From contig CAVQQF010000003.1 in the NCBI GenBank assembly GCA_963714825.1, positions 608,690 to 672,689 on the forward strand: 64,000 bases of DNA. Direction: 5' to 3'. The notes beneath the pieces are model-generated. The model was not told the DNA's origin and did no database searches. It was given only the letters and a program-made list of their open reading frames with translations. Made by a program: the position numbers and the translations under genes. Below, piece after piece: positions 9,797 to 19,901 of the stretch (positions are counted from its first letter, which is position 1; every line of letters begins with the position of its first letter). Origin of the DNA: an uncultured Bacteroidales bacterium. Its GTDB lineage: Bacteria > Bacteroidota > Bacteroidia > Bacteroidales > UBA4417.

Positions 9797-12196
9797 TCAG
9801 ACCCTGGTTTCTATATCTTTTGCTTTACCAATGGTGCGACGCATAATAGCATACGTCAGTCCACTGAAAAGTACAACAACCCCAAACCAAAGTACAATCA
9901 TAAACGGGAAAATAATGGCTTTCATAACGATATAGTCCTGCTGCCGCTCGTAAATGCCTACATGTATAGCCTTCGAATCGGTTGCAACGCCTTCGAATTT
10001 CAATTTCAGATCCAGGGGTTCAACAACACCGTCAGTTTTTTTGAGTTCGCCGTTCACTATTTCGTATTTAATTTCAGTTTCCTGGATTCCCTCTTTCATA
10101 CTGATGATTTTAAACTTTGCAGCGATACTGGCATTGTTAGCATCATCATTAACCATGGTAGTTATAATGTCGTCGAGAATAACATAACTCCGGTTGAAAA
10201 CCAGGGTGTCGTGCAGGTTCATAGGTTGTTCGCCCGATTTGCTGAATCCTTCGGCATCGGTATTTTCACCGGCTTGTTGCGCAAAACTGAGGTATGTATA
10301 TATATCCTTGTCAATAAAGTGTTTTGTATCAGGGTTGTATACATTCCCCATACGGGTATTGCGGTTTAAGGAGGGATATACTGTAAAAGCAATCTTATCC
10401 GTTCCTGCATCCTTCATCTTGACAAAATCAACCCTGTAAAAAGTTTCCCTGCCTTTGGTCGTGGCATCGCTGTAGGTAACCATGTATTTGCCCATCGGCT
10501 TCCCTACACCTTTCATCAGGACAAGATTCTCCTGGTTGTCGGCTGCGCTGCCAAGATCAAAACCCGAAGTATTACGCGAAATTACCTGCGAATTACTGAA
10601 TGCCAGCACAACGCCCAGCATAAACAAGGTAAATCCGACATGGGTAAGCGCTCCGCCAATGTTCGACGTCTTTTTTACATAGCGGAATATAAAATCAAGT
10701 GACACTACTGTAGCAAGCATTATGCTGAAAAGCAGTGCAATACGGCTGCCACCTGTAACCTGATCGCCAATGGCAACCAATACGGTGAGTACAATGGCAA
10801 TACCCGTAGCGATACCGATTTTACGGTAAAATGACTTTAAATTATTCTCGCCATACCATAAATACTGGCTGATGGCTATTCCCAGTGCTATTACAATTGC
10901 AAAAGGCATTTGCCATGTGTTGTAAAAATTTATATTATCGATGGGAGGCGCTATGCCTGTACCGAATATTTTATTGAAAACCGGTATGGAGGTTGTAGCA
11001 ATAATCTGGAATGCCGAAAGTAAAACAACAATAGCGCCTATAAGCATCCAGAATTCACGGGTCATAATCTCGTCGCTGTCCTTACTGGGGAATTCCTTTT
11101 TCCGGATCAACAGCAGAATAATGGGTGGTACCAGAAAAAGCACATTAAAAATGATCATTTGCAACGAAAGTGCGTTTTCACCAAATGAGTGTACCGAAGT
11201 TTCGCCAAGCACCCCGCTTCGTGTCAGATAGGTTGCATAAGTTACGAAAAACCAGCCCAGGATAGTGAAAAAATAAGTCGTGGCATAGGTGTTATAGCGC
11301 TTACGGGCAATGAGCATGGTATGCAGACTGGCAACCAGTAAGAGCCAGGGCACCAGTGAAGCATTTTCGACCGGGTCCCATGCCCAGAAACCGCCGAAAG
11401 TCAGCGATTCGTAAGCCCAGCGGCCACCAAGTATAATACCGTTTCCGAGTGTTAAAATACCTGCAATAGTCCAGGGTATAGCCGGTTTCAGCCAGGTATG
11501 GTATTGTTTACGCCACAACGAAGCTATTGCGTAGCTGAAAGGAACCAGCGCTACTGCATAACCCAGGAAAAGCGCGGGCGGATGAATTACCATCCATACG
11601 TTTTCGAGTAAGGGATTTAAACCGTTTCCTTCGGTTAAATAACTCAGGTAATTAGCTTGTTTAAAGAGTTCTTCACCTGCATTCTGCGGTAAATCACGCA
11701 GCAATCCGAACGGGCTGCCGCCTATGCTGAAGCTTCCCAGGTCAAATCCCAAAACCATTGAAATCAGGAAGAACTGTCCTAAGGAATATACCGGCATTAC
11801 CCATGCTTTCCATTCTTTAGCCGTACGCAGAAGCATTAATCCGATAAGCCCCTGGAAGAAAGCCCATACCAGGTAGGAGCCTTCCTGCCCTGCCCAGAAA
11901 CAGGAGACCAGGAATTTGGTAGCCATATCCGTTGATGAATACTGCCACACATAGAAATATTCGAAGCTATGCGTAGCAATCAGGTAATATAAAGCACCTA
12001 TGGCGCCAAGTAAGGTAATAAAATGAAACCAGTAGAGCTTACCGGCAAGGTTCATATACAAAACTTTCTTCTGTTTGTTTTTAAGCGAAAGGATGTACAG
12101 CAATGCCGAGATGGTTAGCGATAAAATGCTGAGCCATATAAAGATACGGCCCAAATTGCCGGCCATAATGTGTTCTCCGATGTATTGTATGTTCAT
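9797..12196 (-). CDS. ccsA: Cytochrome c biogenesis protein of the CcsA/CcmF family, with a large periplasmic C-terminal region
   Basis: The tryptophan-rich haem-handling motif GGFWAWDPVENASLVPWL and multiple transmembrane helices; 799 aa. Confidence 0.75.
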   Translation of the reverse strand: MNIQYIGEHIMAGNLGRIFIWLSILSLTISALLYILSLKNKQKKVLYMNLAGKLYWFHFITLLGAIGALYYLIATHSFEYFYVWQYSSTDMATKFLVSCFWAGQEGSYLVWAFFQGLIGLMLLRTAKEWKAWVMPVYSLGQFFLISMVLGFDLGSFSIGGSPFGLLRDLPQNAGEELFKQANYLSYLTEGNGLNPLLENVWMVIHPPALFLGYAVALVPFSYAIASLWRKQYHTWLKPAIPWTIAGILTLGNGIILGGRWAYESLTFGGFWAWDPVENASLVPWLLLVASLHTMLIARKRYNTYATTYFFTILGWFFVTYATYLTRSGVLGETSVHSFGENALSLQMIIFNVLFLVPPIILLLIRKKEFPSKDSDEIMTREFWMLIGAIVVLLSAFQIIATTSIPVFNKIFGTGIAPPIDNINFYNTWQMPFAIVIALGIAISQYLWYGENNLKSFYRKIGIATGIAIVLTVLVAIGDQVTGGSRIALLFSIMLATVVSLDFIFRYVKKTSNIGGALTHVGFTLFMLGVVLAFSNSQVISRNTSGFDLGSAADNQENLVLMKGVGKPMGKYMVTYSDATTKGRETFYRVDFVKMKDAGTDKIAFTVYPSLNRNTRMGNVYNPDTKHFIDKDIYTYLSFAQQAGENTDAEGFSKSGEQPMNLHDTLVFNRSYVILDDIITTMVNDDANNASIAAKFKIISMKEGIQETEIKYEIVNGELKKTDGVVEPLDLKLKFEGVATDSKAIHVGIYERQQDYIVMKAIIFPFMIVLWFGVVVLFSGLTYAIMRRTIGKAKDIETRV

Positions 12197-12368
12197 GTAG
12201 TTATTGATATATGTTTATGTTGCAAAAGTATACTTAATAACCAAATTTTGGAAGGGTTGTTTTTATTTGGTATGCAAATTATTGCAAATAACAGTAAAAC
12301 AGATGGTTGGGTTTTGTTGCTTTACACCTTGGTTCGCGCTGTTTGATATTGATCTCAATTATTAGGCT

Positions 12369-12390
12369 GGAAGTCGGAAGTCGGAAGTCG
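12369..12390. repeat. GGAAGTC x3, the inverted complement of the GACTTCC heptamers in the downstream array
   Basis: ggaagtcggaagtcggaagtcg is the exact reverse complement of cgacttccgacttccgacttcc, which occurs at 12548-12570 and 12709-12737. Confidence 0.8.
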
Positions 12391-12544
12391 CCTCTGCAGC
12401 AGGCAAGGCAGGGACGAAATTTATCATTTTAAGTTTAGGACTTCACTCAATTATCAGTAAACACGAATTATTGTATGAACTATACACCCCATCATTTAAA
12501 AATTACTTTCTGATAACATTGACTACCAGCTACCCGCTGCCCGC

Positions 12545-12800
12545 TTCCGTCTTCCGACTTCCGACTCCCTACTCCCTACTCCCTACTCCCTACTCCCTAC
12601 TCCCTTCCCCCTCCCCTTCTCCCTTCTCCCTTCTCCCTTCCCCTTCTCCCTTCTCCCTTCTCCCTTCCCCTTCTCCCTTCTCCCGACTCCCAACTCCCGA
12701 CTCCCTACTCCCGACTTCCGACTTCCGACTTCCGACTCCCAACTCCCGACTCCCGACTCCCGACTCCCGACTCCCAACTCCCTACTCCCGACCTCTACCC
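12545..12800. repeat. Heptanucleotide microsatellite array (CTCCCTA, CTCCCTT/CCCCTT, CTCCCGA, GACTTCC variants), about 36 units
   Basis: Uninterrupted 7-mer periodicity is directly visible in the sequence. Track ORFs 12471..12833 (+) and 12583..12777 (-) are translation artefacts of it (LPTPYS and GVGSRE repeats). Confidence 0.9.
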
Positions 12801-12878
12801 CTCTTTTTATTCAATTTTGTCACAGAATCATAATAATTAATTAATATTGCGTCAACTTACTGGTGATAATGCCTTATC

Positions 12879-13997
12879 ATGGATATAAAAATAGTTGAGG
12901 TTACCTCACGCAAACTGCTCCGGATTTTTATTCATCTGCCAGCCAAACTTCACAAGAATGAACAAGTTTGGATGCCAACCATCTATGCCGACGACTGGAA
13001 ATTTTTTAATCCAAAGAAGAACCACCAGTTTGAAGCGTGCGATACCATTATGGCTCTGGCCTTTCGCGATGGCAAAGCAGTTGGCCGGATTATGGGCATC
13101 ATTCACCATACGTATAATTCGCTACGCAACGAAAATACTGCCCGTTTCGGTTATTTTGACTCTATTGATAACCAGGATGTTGCACATGCTTTGTTTGCTT
13201 TTATCCAGGATTGGGTGAAAGAAAAAGGCAAAACGCTTCTGGTTGGTCCTTATGGTTTCTCGGATAAAGATATACAAGGCCTACAGATCGAAGGTTTTGA
13301 GCATTTACCGCTGATCGACTCGGCATGCAATCCGCCCTATGTGGTGAAGCTAATCGAAAATGAAGGATTTGGTAAGGAAGTCGATTGTATGACATATAAG
13401 TTTCCTGTGAACCTTGCCTTACCCGAACTGTATTACCGCATCGTTCAACGTGCAAATTACAGCAACCATACACAACTCATTGAATTTACTTCGCGCAGGC
13501 AACTGAAACCTTATATAGTTCCGGTTTTGCAGCTGGTAAACAAAACGTATGACCATTTGTACGGGTTTGTTCCCATGTCGGAAACCGAAATCCACGAACT
13601 TGCATCACGGTATCTTCCTATTATTGATCCTCGGTTTGTTAAAGTTATCGAAAAGGACGGGGAAGTAATTGCATTTATCATTGCCATTCCTAATCTCACC
13701 AAAGGAATTCAGAAATCACGCGGATATCTTTTCCCTATCGGTATTTTCCAGATAATACTGGCATCCAGGAAAACCAGGCAACTCGACCTGATGCTGGGCG
13801 CCGTTCGCCGCGATTTCCAGGGGACCGGCCTTGAAGTAGTAATGGGTATAAGTCTTATAGAATCAGCACGTAAAGCCGATTTTAAAGATATTGAAGCACA
13901 TCTTATTCTTGAAAACAATTATAAAATGCGTGCCGAAATTGAGCGGCTTAAAATACCTGTTCATAAGAGATTCAGGGTTTACAGGAAAGAATTGTAA
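12879..13997 (+). CDS. Hypothetical 372-aa protein, possibly an acyl-CoA N-acyltransferase (GNAT/FemAB-like) fold
   Basis: Intact ORF with no signal peptide. The family assignment is tentative, based only on size and secondary-structure feel. Confidence 0.4.
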   Translation: MDIKIVEVTSRKLLRIFIHLPAKLHKNEQVWMPTIYADDWKFFNPKKNHQFEACDTIMALAFRDGKAVGRIMGIIHHTYNSLRNENTARFGYFDSIDNQDVAHALFAFIQDWVKEKGKTLLVGPYGFSDKDIQGLQIEGFEHLPLIDSACNPPYVVKLIENEGFGKEVDCMTYKFPVNLALPELYYRIVQRANYSNHTQLIEFTSRRQLKPYIVPVLQLVNKTYDHLYGFVPMSETEIHELASRYLPIIDPRFVKVIEKDGEVIAFIIAIPNLTKGIQKSRGYLFPIGIFQIILASRKTRQLDLMLGAVRRDFQGTGLEVVMGISLIESARKADFKDIEAHLILENNYKMRAEIERLKIPVHKRFRVYRKEL

Positions 13998-14127
13998 GTA
14001 AAGGTATTGTTTAACTTCAGGTGGGCTACTGTTACTCAGTCCTACGTTCGGACTGATATCTTTTTGTATCAATCAGGAGAGTAAATATTATTTTTCGGTA
14101 TTCTGAGTTATTTATAAAAATATTTCC

Positions 14128-14135
14128 TACCTTTG
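14128..14135 (+). promoter_or_regulatory. Candidate Bacteroidota sigma-A -7 element (TAccTTTG) upstream of rpsU
   Basis: Matches the TAnnTTTG consensus about 55 nt upstream of the rpsU ATG. Confidence 0.35.
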
Positions 14136-14189
14136 CACCCCTTAAAATTCAATTAAATAATCACTTAACCGAAAGGAAGTTTATCCATT

Positions 14190-14384
14190 ATGATCATTGT
14201 TCCTGTAAAAGAAGGCGAAAGCATTGACCGTTCGCTGAAGAAACTGAAACGTAAATTCGAAAAGACTGGTGTTGTTAAAGAACTGCGTAACCGTCAGAAA
14301 TTTACAAAACCGTCAATCGTACGTCGCGAAGAAATTCGTCACGCTATTTACATCCAACAGCTTCAGCAGCAGCAGGAATTGTAA
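14190..14384 (+). CDS. rpsU: 30S ribosomal protein S21
   Basis: MIIVPVKEGESIDRSLKKLKRKFEKTGVVKELRNRQKFTKPS is canonical bS21. Confidence 0.9.
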   Translation: MIIVPVKEGESIDRSLKKLKRKFEKTGVVKELRNRQKFTKPSIVRREEIRHAIYIQQLQQQQEL

Positions 14385-14516
14385 TCAACCGGAATTTTTT
14401 TCCGGAGAGCAGGAAGTAATGCTTGCATTTTATATACTTTTATTGTAATTTTAACGTTAGTAAGATTACGATACAAGTTGAGAAGGCAAAGGTTACTTCC
14501 TGTTTTATTTTGAAGG

Positions 14517-15419
14517 ATGCTGAAGGAAAAATATATCGATTACCTTAGTTTTGAAAGGCGCTATTCAGCGCATACCATTTTGGCATATCAATCCGACCTG
14601 GATGATTTTACCAATTTCCTTACCTATCAATATTCTGTTACCGACCTGCTTCAGGCCGATCATACACTGATACGGTCGTGGCTCATTTCACTTATCGATC
14701 GTAAAATTACCTCACGCTCGGTAAACCGCAAAATATCAACCCTTAAATCATTCTACAGGTTTTGCCAAAAACAGGACCTGATCAAAACCAATCCCATGCT
14801 CAAGGTGGTTGCACCCAAAGCTTCGAAACAGCTGCCGGTATTCCTCACCCGCGATAACCTGGACACACTGCTTAACACTATTGGTTTTGACGCTACCTAC
14901 GAAGGTTGCCGCGATAAAATGATCATCACCTTATTCTATGCAACCGGAATACGAAGAGCCGAACTGGTTCAGCTTAAAACTACCGACCTCGACCTTGACA
15001 AAGGAACACTCAAGGTGCTGGGAAAACGTAACAAGGAAAGAATCGTCCCAATGGGTGATTTTGTAATTTCTGCGATGAAGGAATACCTTATAGTAAGGAA
15101 TGAATTTTTTTCTAAAATATCAGGTGATTCTCAAAACAATACCTATTCACTCTTTGTTACATCTAAAGGACTTCCGGTATATCCTAAATTGATTTATACC
15201 ATCGTTCATAAGTACCTGTCGTTAATTGCATCGAACAGCAAATTAAGCCCTCATGTGCTCAGGCACACTTTTGCTACTCATATGCTCGACGACGGTGCCG
15301 ATTTGAACGCGATAAAGGAAATACTCGGGCACTCGAGCCTGGCTGCTACCCAGGTTTACACTCACAATTCTATCGAAAAACTGAAAACAATCTACAAACA
15401 GGCCCACCCAAGGGCATAA
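14517..15419 (+). CDS. xerC: Tyrosine site-specific recombinase XerC/XerD
   Basis: SAM-like N-domain (YLSFERRYSAHTILAYQSDL) and catalytic C-terminus (RHTFATHMLDDGADLNAIKEILGHSSLAATQVYTH). It sits in the conserved rpsU–xer–hpf position. Confidence 0.85.
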   Translation: MLKEKYIDYLSFERRYSAHTILAYQSDLDDFTNFLTYQYSVTDLLQADHTLIRSWLISLIDRKITSRSVNRKISTLKSFYRFCQKQDLIKTNPMLKVVAPKASKQLPVFLTRDNLDTLLNTIGFDATYEGCRDKMIITLFYATGIRRAELVQLKTTDLDLDKGTLKVLGKRNKERIVPMGDFVISAMKEYLIVRNEFFSKISGDSQNNTYSLFVTSKGLPVYPKLIYTIVHKYLSLIASNSKLSPHVLRHTFATHMLDDGADLNAIKEILGHSSLAATQVYTHNSIEKLKTIYKQAHPRA

Positions 15420-15434
15420 ACAAAAGGAGGACTC

Positions 15435-15734
15435 ATGAAAGTAAACATCAATGCAGTACATTTTAAAGCCGATAAAAAACTGGATTCATTCATTTCTGAG
15501 AAGGTTGAGAAACTTTCGGAACTGTACGACGGAATAATCGGAAGTGAAGTAACACTCAGGGTCAACAACAGCGAAGACCATGATAATAAGGTAGCCGAAA
15601 TTCGCTTAATGGTACCTGGAAATGACCTCTTTGCGAAAAAACAGAGTAAGTCTTTTGAAGAAGCCACTGATACCGCAGTTGATGCATTACGTAAGCAATT
15701 AACCAAGCATAAAGAGAAACTTAGGGGCGAATAA
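15435..15734 (+). CDS. hpf: Ribosome hibernation promoting factor (HPF/RaiA, short form)
   Basis: 99 aa, beginning MKVNINAVHFKADKKLDSFISEKVEKL, which is sigma-54 modulation / S30EA family. Confidence 0.85.
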   Translation: MKVNINAVHFKADKKLDSFISEKVEKLSELYDGIIGSEVTLRVNNSEDHDNKVAEIRLMVPGNDLFAKKQSKSFEEATDTAVDALRKQLTKHKEKLRGE

Positions 15735-15793
15735 AAAATAAATGAAATTATTTTCATCACTTGTTTGGTAATTCAAATTAAGTGCGTACATTT

Positions 15794-15824
15794 GCAGTCC
15801 TTTTCAAAAGGACTGCTTTTGTTT
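15794..15824 (+). terminator. Rho-independent terminator after hpf
   Basis: The stem gcagtccttt / aaaggactgc (10 bp) with a 3-nt loop is followed by ttttgttt. Confidence 0.7.
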
Positions 15825-15918
15825 GATGAAAAGGGATTGTAAAGTGCTGATAATAGGGTTGTTGGAGTTGCATAAACACGAAAAACCGGCTTTTGAGGCT
15901 TTTTTACAAAAAAAATAA

Positions 15919-15992
15919 GCCGATGTAGCTCAGTTGGCCAGAGCAGCTGATTTGTAATCAGCTGGTCGGGGGTTCGAATCCCTCCATCGGCT
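15919..15992 (+). tRNA. tRNA-Thr (anticodon TGT)
   Basis: Cloverleaf: acceptor gccgatg/catcggc, anticodon loop tTTGTAa, T-arm ggttcgaatcc. Confidence 0.85.
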
Positions 15993-16018
15993 CAGTTCTT
16001 AGAAATGTTTTAATATCC

Positions 16019-16100
16019 GGGGAGATACCAGAGCGGTCAAATGGGGCAGACTGTAAATCTGTTGGCGAAGCCTTCGGAGGTTCGAATCCTCCTCTCCCCA
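16019..16100 (+). tRNA. tRNA-Tyr (anticodon GTA), with a long variable arm
   Basis: Acceptor ggggaga/tctcccc, anticodon loop cTGTAaa, variable arm ggcgaagccttcgg, T-arm ggttcgaatcc. Confidence 0.85.
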
Positions 16101-16193
16101 CCCTTTAGTTACAAGTCTTGAGTTATATAGTTCGGAATATTTAGTGAACAAATTAAATTCGATAACACATAGATTTCAAACTCGGGATTGAAA

Positions 16194-16266
16194 GCGGAAG
16201 TAGCTCATTTGGTAGAGCGATAGCCTTCCAAGCTGTAGGTGGCGGGTTCGAGCCCCGTCTTCCGCT
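16194..16266 (+). tRNA. tRNA-Gly (anticodon TCC)
   Basis: Acceptor gcggaag/cttccgc, anticodon loop cTTCCaa, T-arm gggttcgagcccc. Confidence 0.85.
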
Positions 16267-16273
16267 CATTAAA

Positions 16274-16345
<72 letters not shown>

Positions 16346-16402
16346 CTGATATTTAAATTAATAATCAATACAAATTTGTAAATCTATAAACAATTAATTA
16401 AT

Positions 16403-17603
16403 ATGGCAAAAGAAAAATTTGATCGTTCCAAACCACACGTTAACATTGGTACTATTGGTCACGTTGACCACGGTAAAACTACTCTTAACTGCTGCTATTA
16501 CACTTAATCTTGCAGGATAAAGGGTTTGCTCAGTTTACAGATCATTCGATTCAATTGACAATGCTCCTGAAGAAAAAGAAAGAGGTATTACTATTAATAC
16601 TGCTCACGTTGAGTATGCAACTGAAAACCGTCACTATGCACACGTTGACTGTCCAGGTCACGCTGACTATGTTAAGAACATGGTTACAGGTGCTGCCCAG
16701 ATGGACGGTGCTATTCTCGTAGTTGCTGCTACTGATGGTCCTATGCCACAAACCCGTGAGCATATCCTTCTCGCACGTCAGGTAGGTGTTCCTACAATTG
16801 GTTGTTTTCATGAACAAAGTTGACATGGTTGATGATGAAGAATTTCTTGAACTGGTTGAAATGGAAATTCGTGAACTTCTTCAGTTTCTACGAGTTTCGA
16901 TGGTGACAACACTCCTGTTATCCAAGGTTCAGCTCTTGGTGCACTTGAATAAAGAGCCAAAATGGGTTGAAAAAATTATGGAACTAATGGAAGCTGTGTG
17001 ATACATTATATTCCACTACCTGCTCGTGATATTGACAAACCATTCCTGATGCCTGTTGAAGATGTATTCTCAATTACAGGTCGTGGTACTGTTGCTACCG
17101 GTAGAATTGAATCAGGTGTTATTCACGTAGGTGATCCAGTTGAAATTATTGGTATGGGTGCTGAGAAACTGAAATCAGTATGTTACCGGTGTTGAAATGT
17201 TCCGTAAAATTCTCGATCGATGGTGAAGCTGGTGACAATGCTGGTTTGCTCTTCAGTGGTATTGATAAAGATGAAATTCGTCGCGGTATGGTTATTGCCA
17301 AACCAGGTATCAGTTACATCCTCACACACACTTCAAAGCTGAGGTTTATATCCTGAAAAAAGAAGAAGGTGGACGTCATACTCCATTCCACAATAAATAT
17401 CGTCCTCAGTTCTATTTCAGAACAACTGACGTTACCGGTGAAATTATACTTCCAGAAGGCGTTGAAATGGTTATGCCAGGTGATAACCTTACCATTGAAG
17501 TTAACCTGATCAGCGAAATCGCTATGAATAAAAATCTCCGTTTCGCTATCCGTGAAGGTGGACGTACGTTGGTGCTGGTCAGGTAACTGAAATTCTTGAC
17601 TAA
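16403..17603 (+). CDS. tuf: Elongation factor Tu, reading frame interrupted by several frameshifts and stop codons
   Basis: [28 protein letters not shown]..., then [52 protein letters not shown], and a C-terminus ...[14 protein letters not shown], in shifting frames. Track ORFs 16510-17195 are fragments of it. Confidence 0.85.
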
Positions 17604-17709
17604 TATATAAAATGAGATATAGACGTATTGCCTGAAGCGTATCTCTGCCTTTAATTAATGTTATTACAGTATGGCCTGTTCAGGTTTTCCTGTAACAGGC
17701 TATGGCTAT

Positions 17710-17782
17710 ACGGGTGTAGCTCAATTGGTAGAGTAGTGGTCTCCAAAACCATAGGTTGTGGGTTCGAGTCCTACCACCCGTG
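17710..17782 (+). tRNA. tRNA-Trp (anticodon CCA)
   Basis: Acceptor acgggtg/cacccgt, anticodon loop cTCCAaa, T-arm gggttcgagtcc. It sits in the classic tuf–tRNA-Trp–secE position. Confidence 0.8.
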
Positions 17783-17801
17783 CAAAAATATTTAGACCCA
17801 A

Positions 17802-17999
17802 TGGCAAAGTAATAAATTCGTAGAGTACGTCAAAGAAAGTTACGATGAATTGATGCATAAAGTTTCCTGGCCAACATGGAGTGAGTTGCAGAATAGTGCA
17901 ATAGTTGTATCAATTGCTTCCCTGATAATTGCACTGGTTGTTTTTCTAATGGATATATCGTTCGAGACTATTCTCCAGCAATTTTATTCATTATTTTAA
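17802..17999 (+). CDS. secE: Preprotein translocase subunit SecE, with a frameshift or stop right after the start
   Basis: ATG MAK is followed by a stop. The next frame gives NKFVEYVKESYDELMHKVSWPTWSELQNSAIVVSIASLIIALVVFLMDISFETILQ, a SecE transmembrane helix. Confidence 0.7.
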   Translation, partial: WQSNKFVEYVKESYDELMHKVSWPTWSELQNSAIVVSIASLIIALVVFLMDISFETILQQFYSLF

Positions 18000-18058
18000 C
18001 TGTTATTATTCATAAGTCTGATATTAAGTGGTAACCAACCTTTAATTCACCATCCGGC

Positions 18059-18605
18059 ATGAGCGAACAAGTGAAAAAGTGGTATGTGGTCAGAGCCATC
18101 AGCGGGAATGAGAAAAAGGTGAAAATATACCTTGAAAGTGAGATTAGTCGTCTCAACCTACAGGATTATATTTCGCAGGTACTGATCCCAACTGAAAAAG
18201 TATACCAGGTACGCAACGGTAAAAAAATAAGCAAAGAACGAAATTACTTTCCGGGCTATGTTTTGATTGAAGCTGTGCTTACCGGAGAAATACCACACAT
18301 TATTCAGCAATATTCCGGGTGTATTGGGTTTCCTTGGCTCGAAAGAGGAACCTGTACCCTTGCGGCAAGCCGAAGTAAACAGGATATTGGGTAAAGTTGA
18401 TGAACTGTCTGAGCAAGGCGAAGAGTTCAATATTCCGTTTATTGTTGGTGAAACGGTTACGGTAATCGATGGACCATTCAACAGTTTCAGCGGAATCATT
18501 GAAGAAATCAATGAGGAAAAGAAGAAATTGAAAGTAATGGTAAAGATCTTTGGCCGAAAAACTCCTCTGGAACTTTCGTTTATGCAGGTTGCAAAGGAAT
18601 CGTAG
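18059..18605 (+). CDS. nusG: Transcription antitermination factor NusG, frameshifted near codon 95
   Basis: N-terminal NGN domain ([21 protein letters not shown]). The KOW C-terminus ([24 protein letters not shown]...[22 protein letters not shown]) is in a second overlapping frame. Confidence 0.8.
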
Positions 18606-18652
18606 GTAGTTACCAAATTCCGCAAATACAAATCCTTTAAGAAAACTACAAA

Positions 18653-19097
18653 ATGGCAAAAGAAGTAGCTGGATTAATTAAACTGCAAATTAAAGGAGGA
18701 GCGGCAAATCCTTCACCCCCTGTTGGACCTGCATTAGGTGCGAAAGGTGTGAATATTATGGAGTTCTGCAAACAGTTCAATGCACGTACTCAGGAAAAAG
18801 CCGGTAAGGTTATTCCTGTAATCATTACTGTTTATAAGGACAAATCGTTTGATTTTATTATCAAGACACCTCCTGTTGCCGTTCAACTCATTGAAGCTAA
18901 CTAAGCTTAAAAGAGGATCCGCTGAACCTAACCGTAAAAAGGTTGGCTCAGTAACCTGGGATCAGGTAAAAGAAATTGCTGAAGGCAAAATGGAAGACCT
19001 TAACTGCTTTCACAATTGAATCAGCTATGAGCATGGTTGCAGGTACTGCCCGAAGTATGGGAATTACGTAAAAGGCGAATTCCCAACAAATATGTAA
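18653..19097 (+). CDS. rplK: 50S ribosomal protein L11, C-terminal third out of frame
   Basis: [47 protein letters not shown], then a premature stop. The L11 C-terminus ([11 protein letters not shown]) is seen in another frame. The end coordinate is approximate. Confidence 0.7.
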
Positions 19098-19160
19098 AGC
19101 TGATCGTTCGATCAGGCTTTCATGAATTTAAAATGTGTATTACCATTAACCTAGCGTGAA

Positions 19161-19853
19161 ATGGCTAAATTGACAAAAAAACAAAAAGAGGCTTTAGCTA
19201 AATTCGACAAGGACGCTACTTTATTCACTAGCAGAAGCTGTCAAGTATTGTCAAAGATATTACGTACCACCAAATTTGATGCTTCTGTTGATGTTGATGT
19301 TCGTCTTGGGGTTGACCCCCGTAAAGCCAACCAGATGGTTCGAGGTATCGTTACCTTGCCGCATGGAACCGGGAAAACAATTAGGGTTCTGGTGCTCTGT
19401 ACTCCTGATAAGGAGGAAGAAGCTAAAGCTGCCGGAGCTGATTATGTTGGTCTTGATGAGTATATCCAGAAGATTAAAGAAGGCTGGACTGATGTTGACG
19501 TTGTTATTACCATGCCCAGCGTTATGCCCAAAGTTGGTGCTCTAGGTCGTATATTAGGTCCCCGTGGCCTTATGCCAAACCCAAAAACCGGTACCGTTAC
19601 AATGGACGTAGGCAAAGCTGTAGAAGAGGTGAAAGCCGGTAAAATCGATTTTAAAGTCGATAAATTTGGTATCATTCATGCAGCGTATGGCAAAGTATCT
19701 TTTGAACAGGAACAACTTATCGAAAATGCCCGTGAATTACTGCAACTATCATTAAACTGAAACCTCCTCTCAAAAGGTACTTATGTAAGAAGCATCTACA
19801 TGTCAAGTACTATGAGTCCTGGCATACGTATCGATGAAAAATCGATCAAATAA
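19161..19853 (+). CDS. rplA: 50S ribosomal protein L1, frameshift near the C-terminus (about 19750)
   Basis: [16 protein letters not shown]...[17 protein letters not shown]...[14 protein letters not shown]. The terminal roughly 30 aa (…[25 protein letters not shown]) is in a different frame. Confidence 0.8.
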
Positions 19854-19901
19854 GATTTCCGGAAACAATAAGTACTTAATCCTTAAAGAACAAACATCGC
19901 T

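Noticed and set aside
12471-12833. Track ORFs 12471..12833 (+) and 12583..12777 (-) encoding LPTPYS / GVGSRE peptide repeats
   Set aside because: They lie entirely within the heptamer DNA microsatellite. 7 nt is not a multiple of 3, so each ORF just cycles through frames. There are no start-context or domain features. They are artefacts of the repeat.
14517-15419. A tyrosine recombinase as a marker of an integrated mobile element
   Set aside because: It sits in the conserved rpsU–xerC–hpf housekeeping context with no flanking direct repeats, no tRNA-3' integration signature and no phage or ICE genes, so it is a chromosomal Xer recombinase.
16346-16402. Candidate -7 promoter element (TAnnTTTG) for tuf in tacaaatttgtaaatc
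   Set aside because: The spacing does not match the consensus exactly (three rather than two intervening bases), and tuf may be co-transcribed with the upstream tRNAs. It is too weak to list as a feature.
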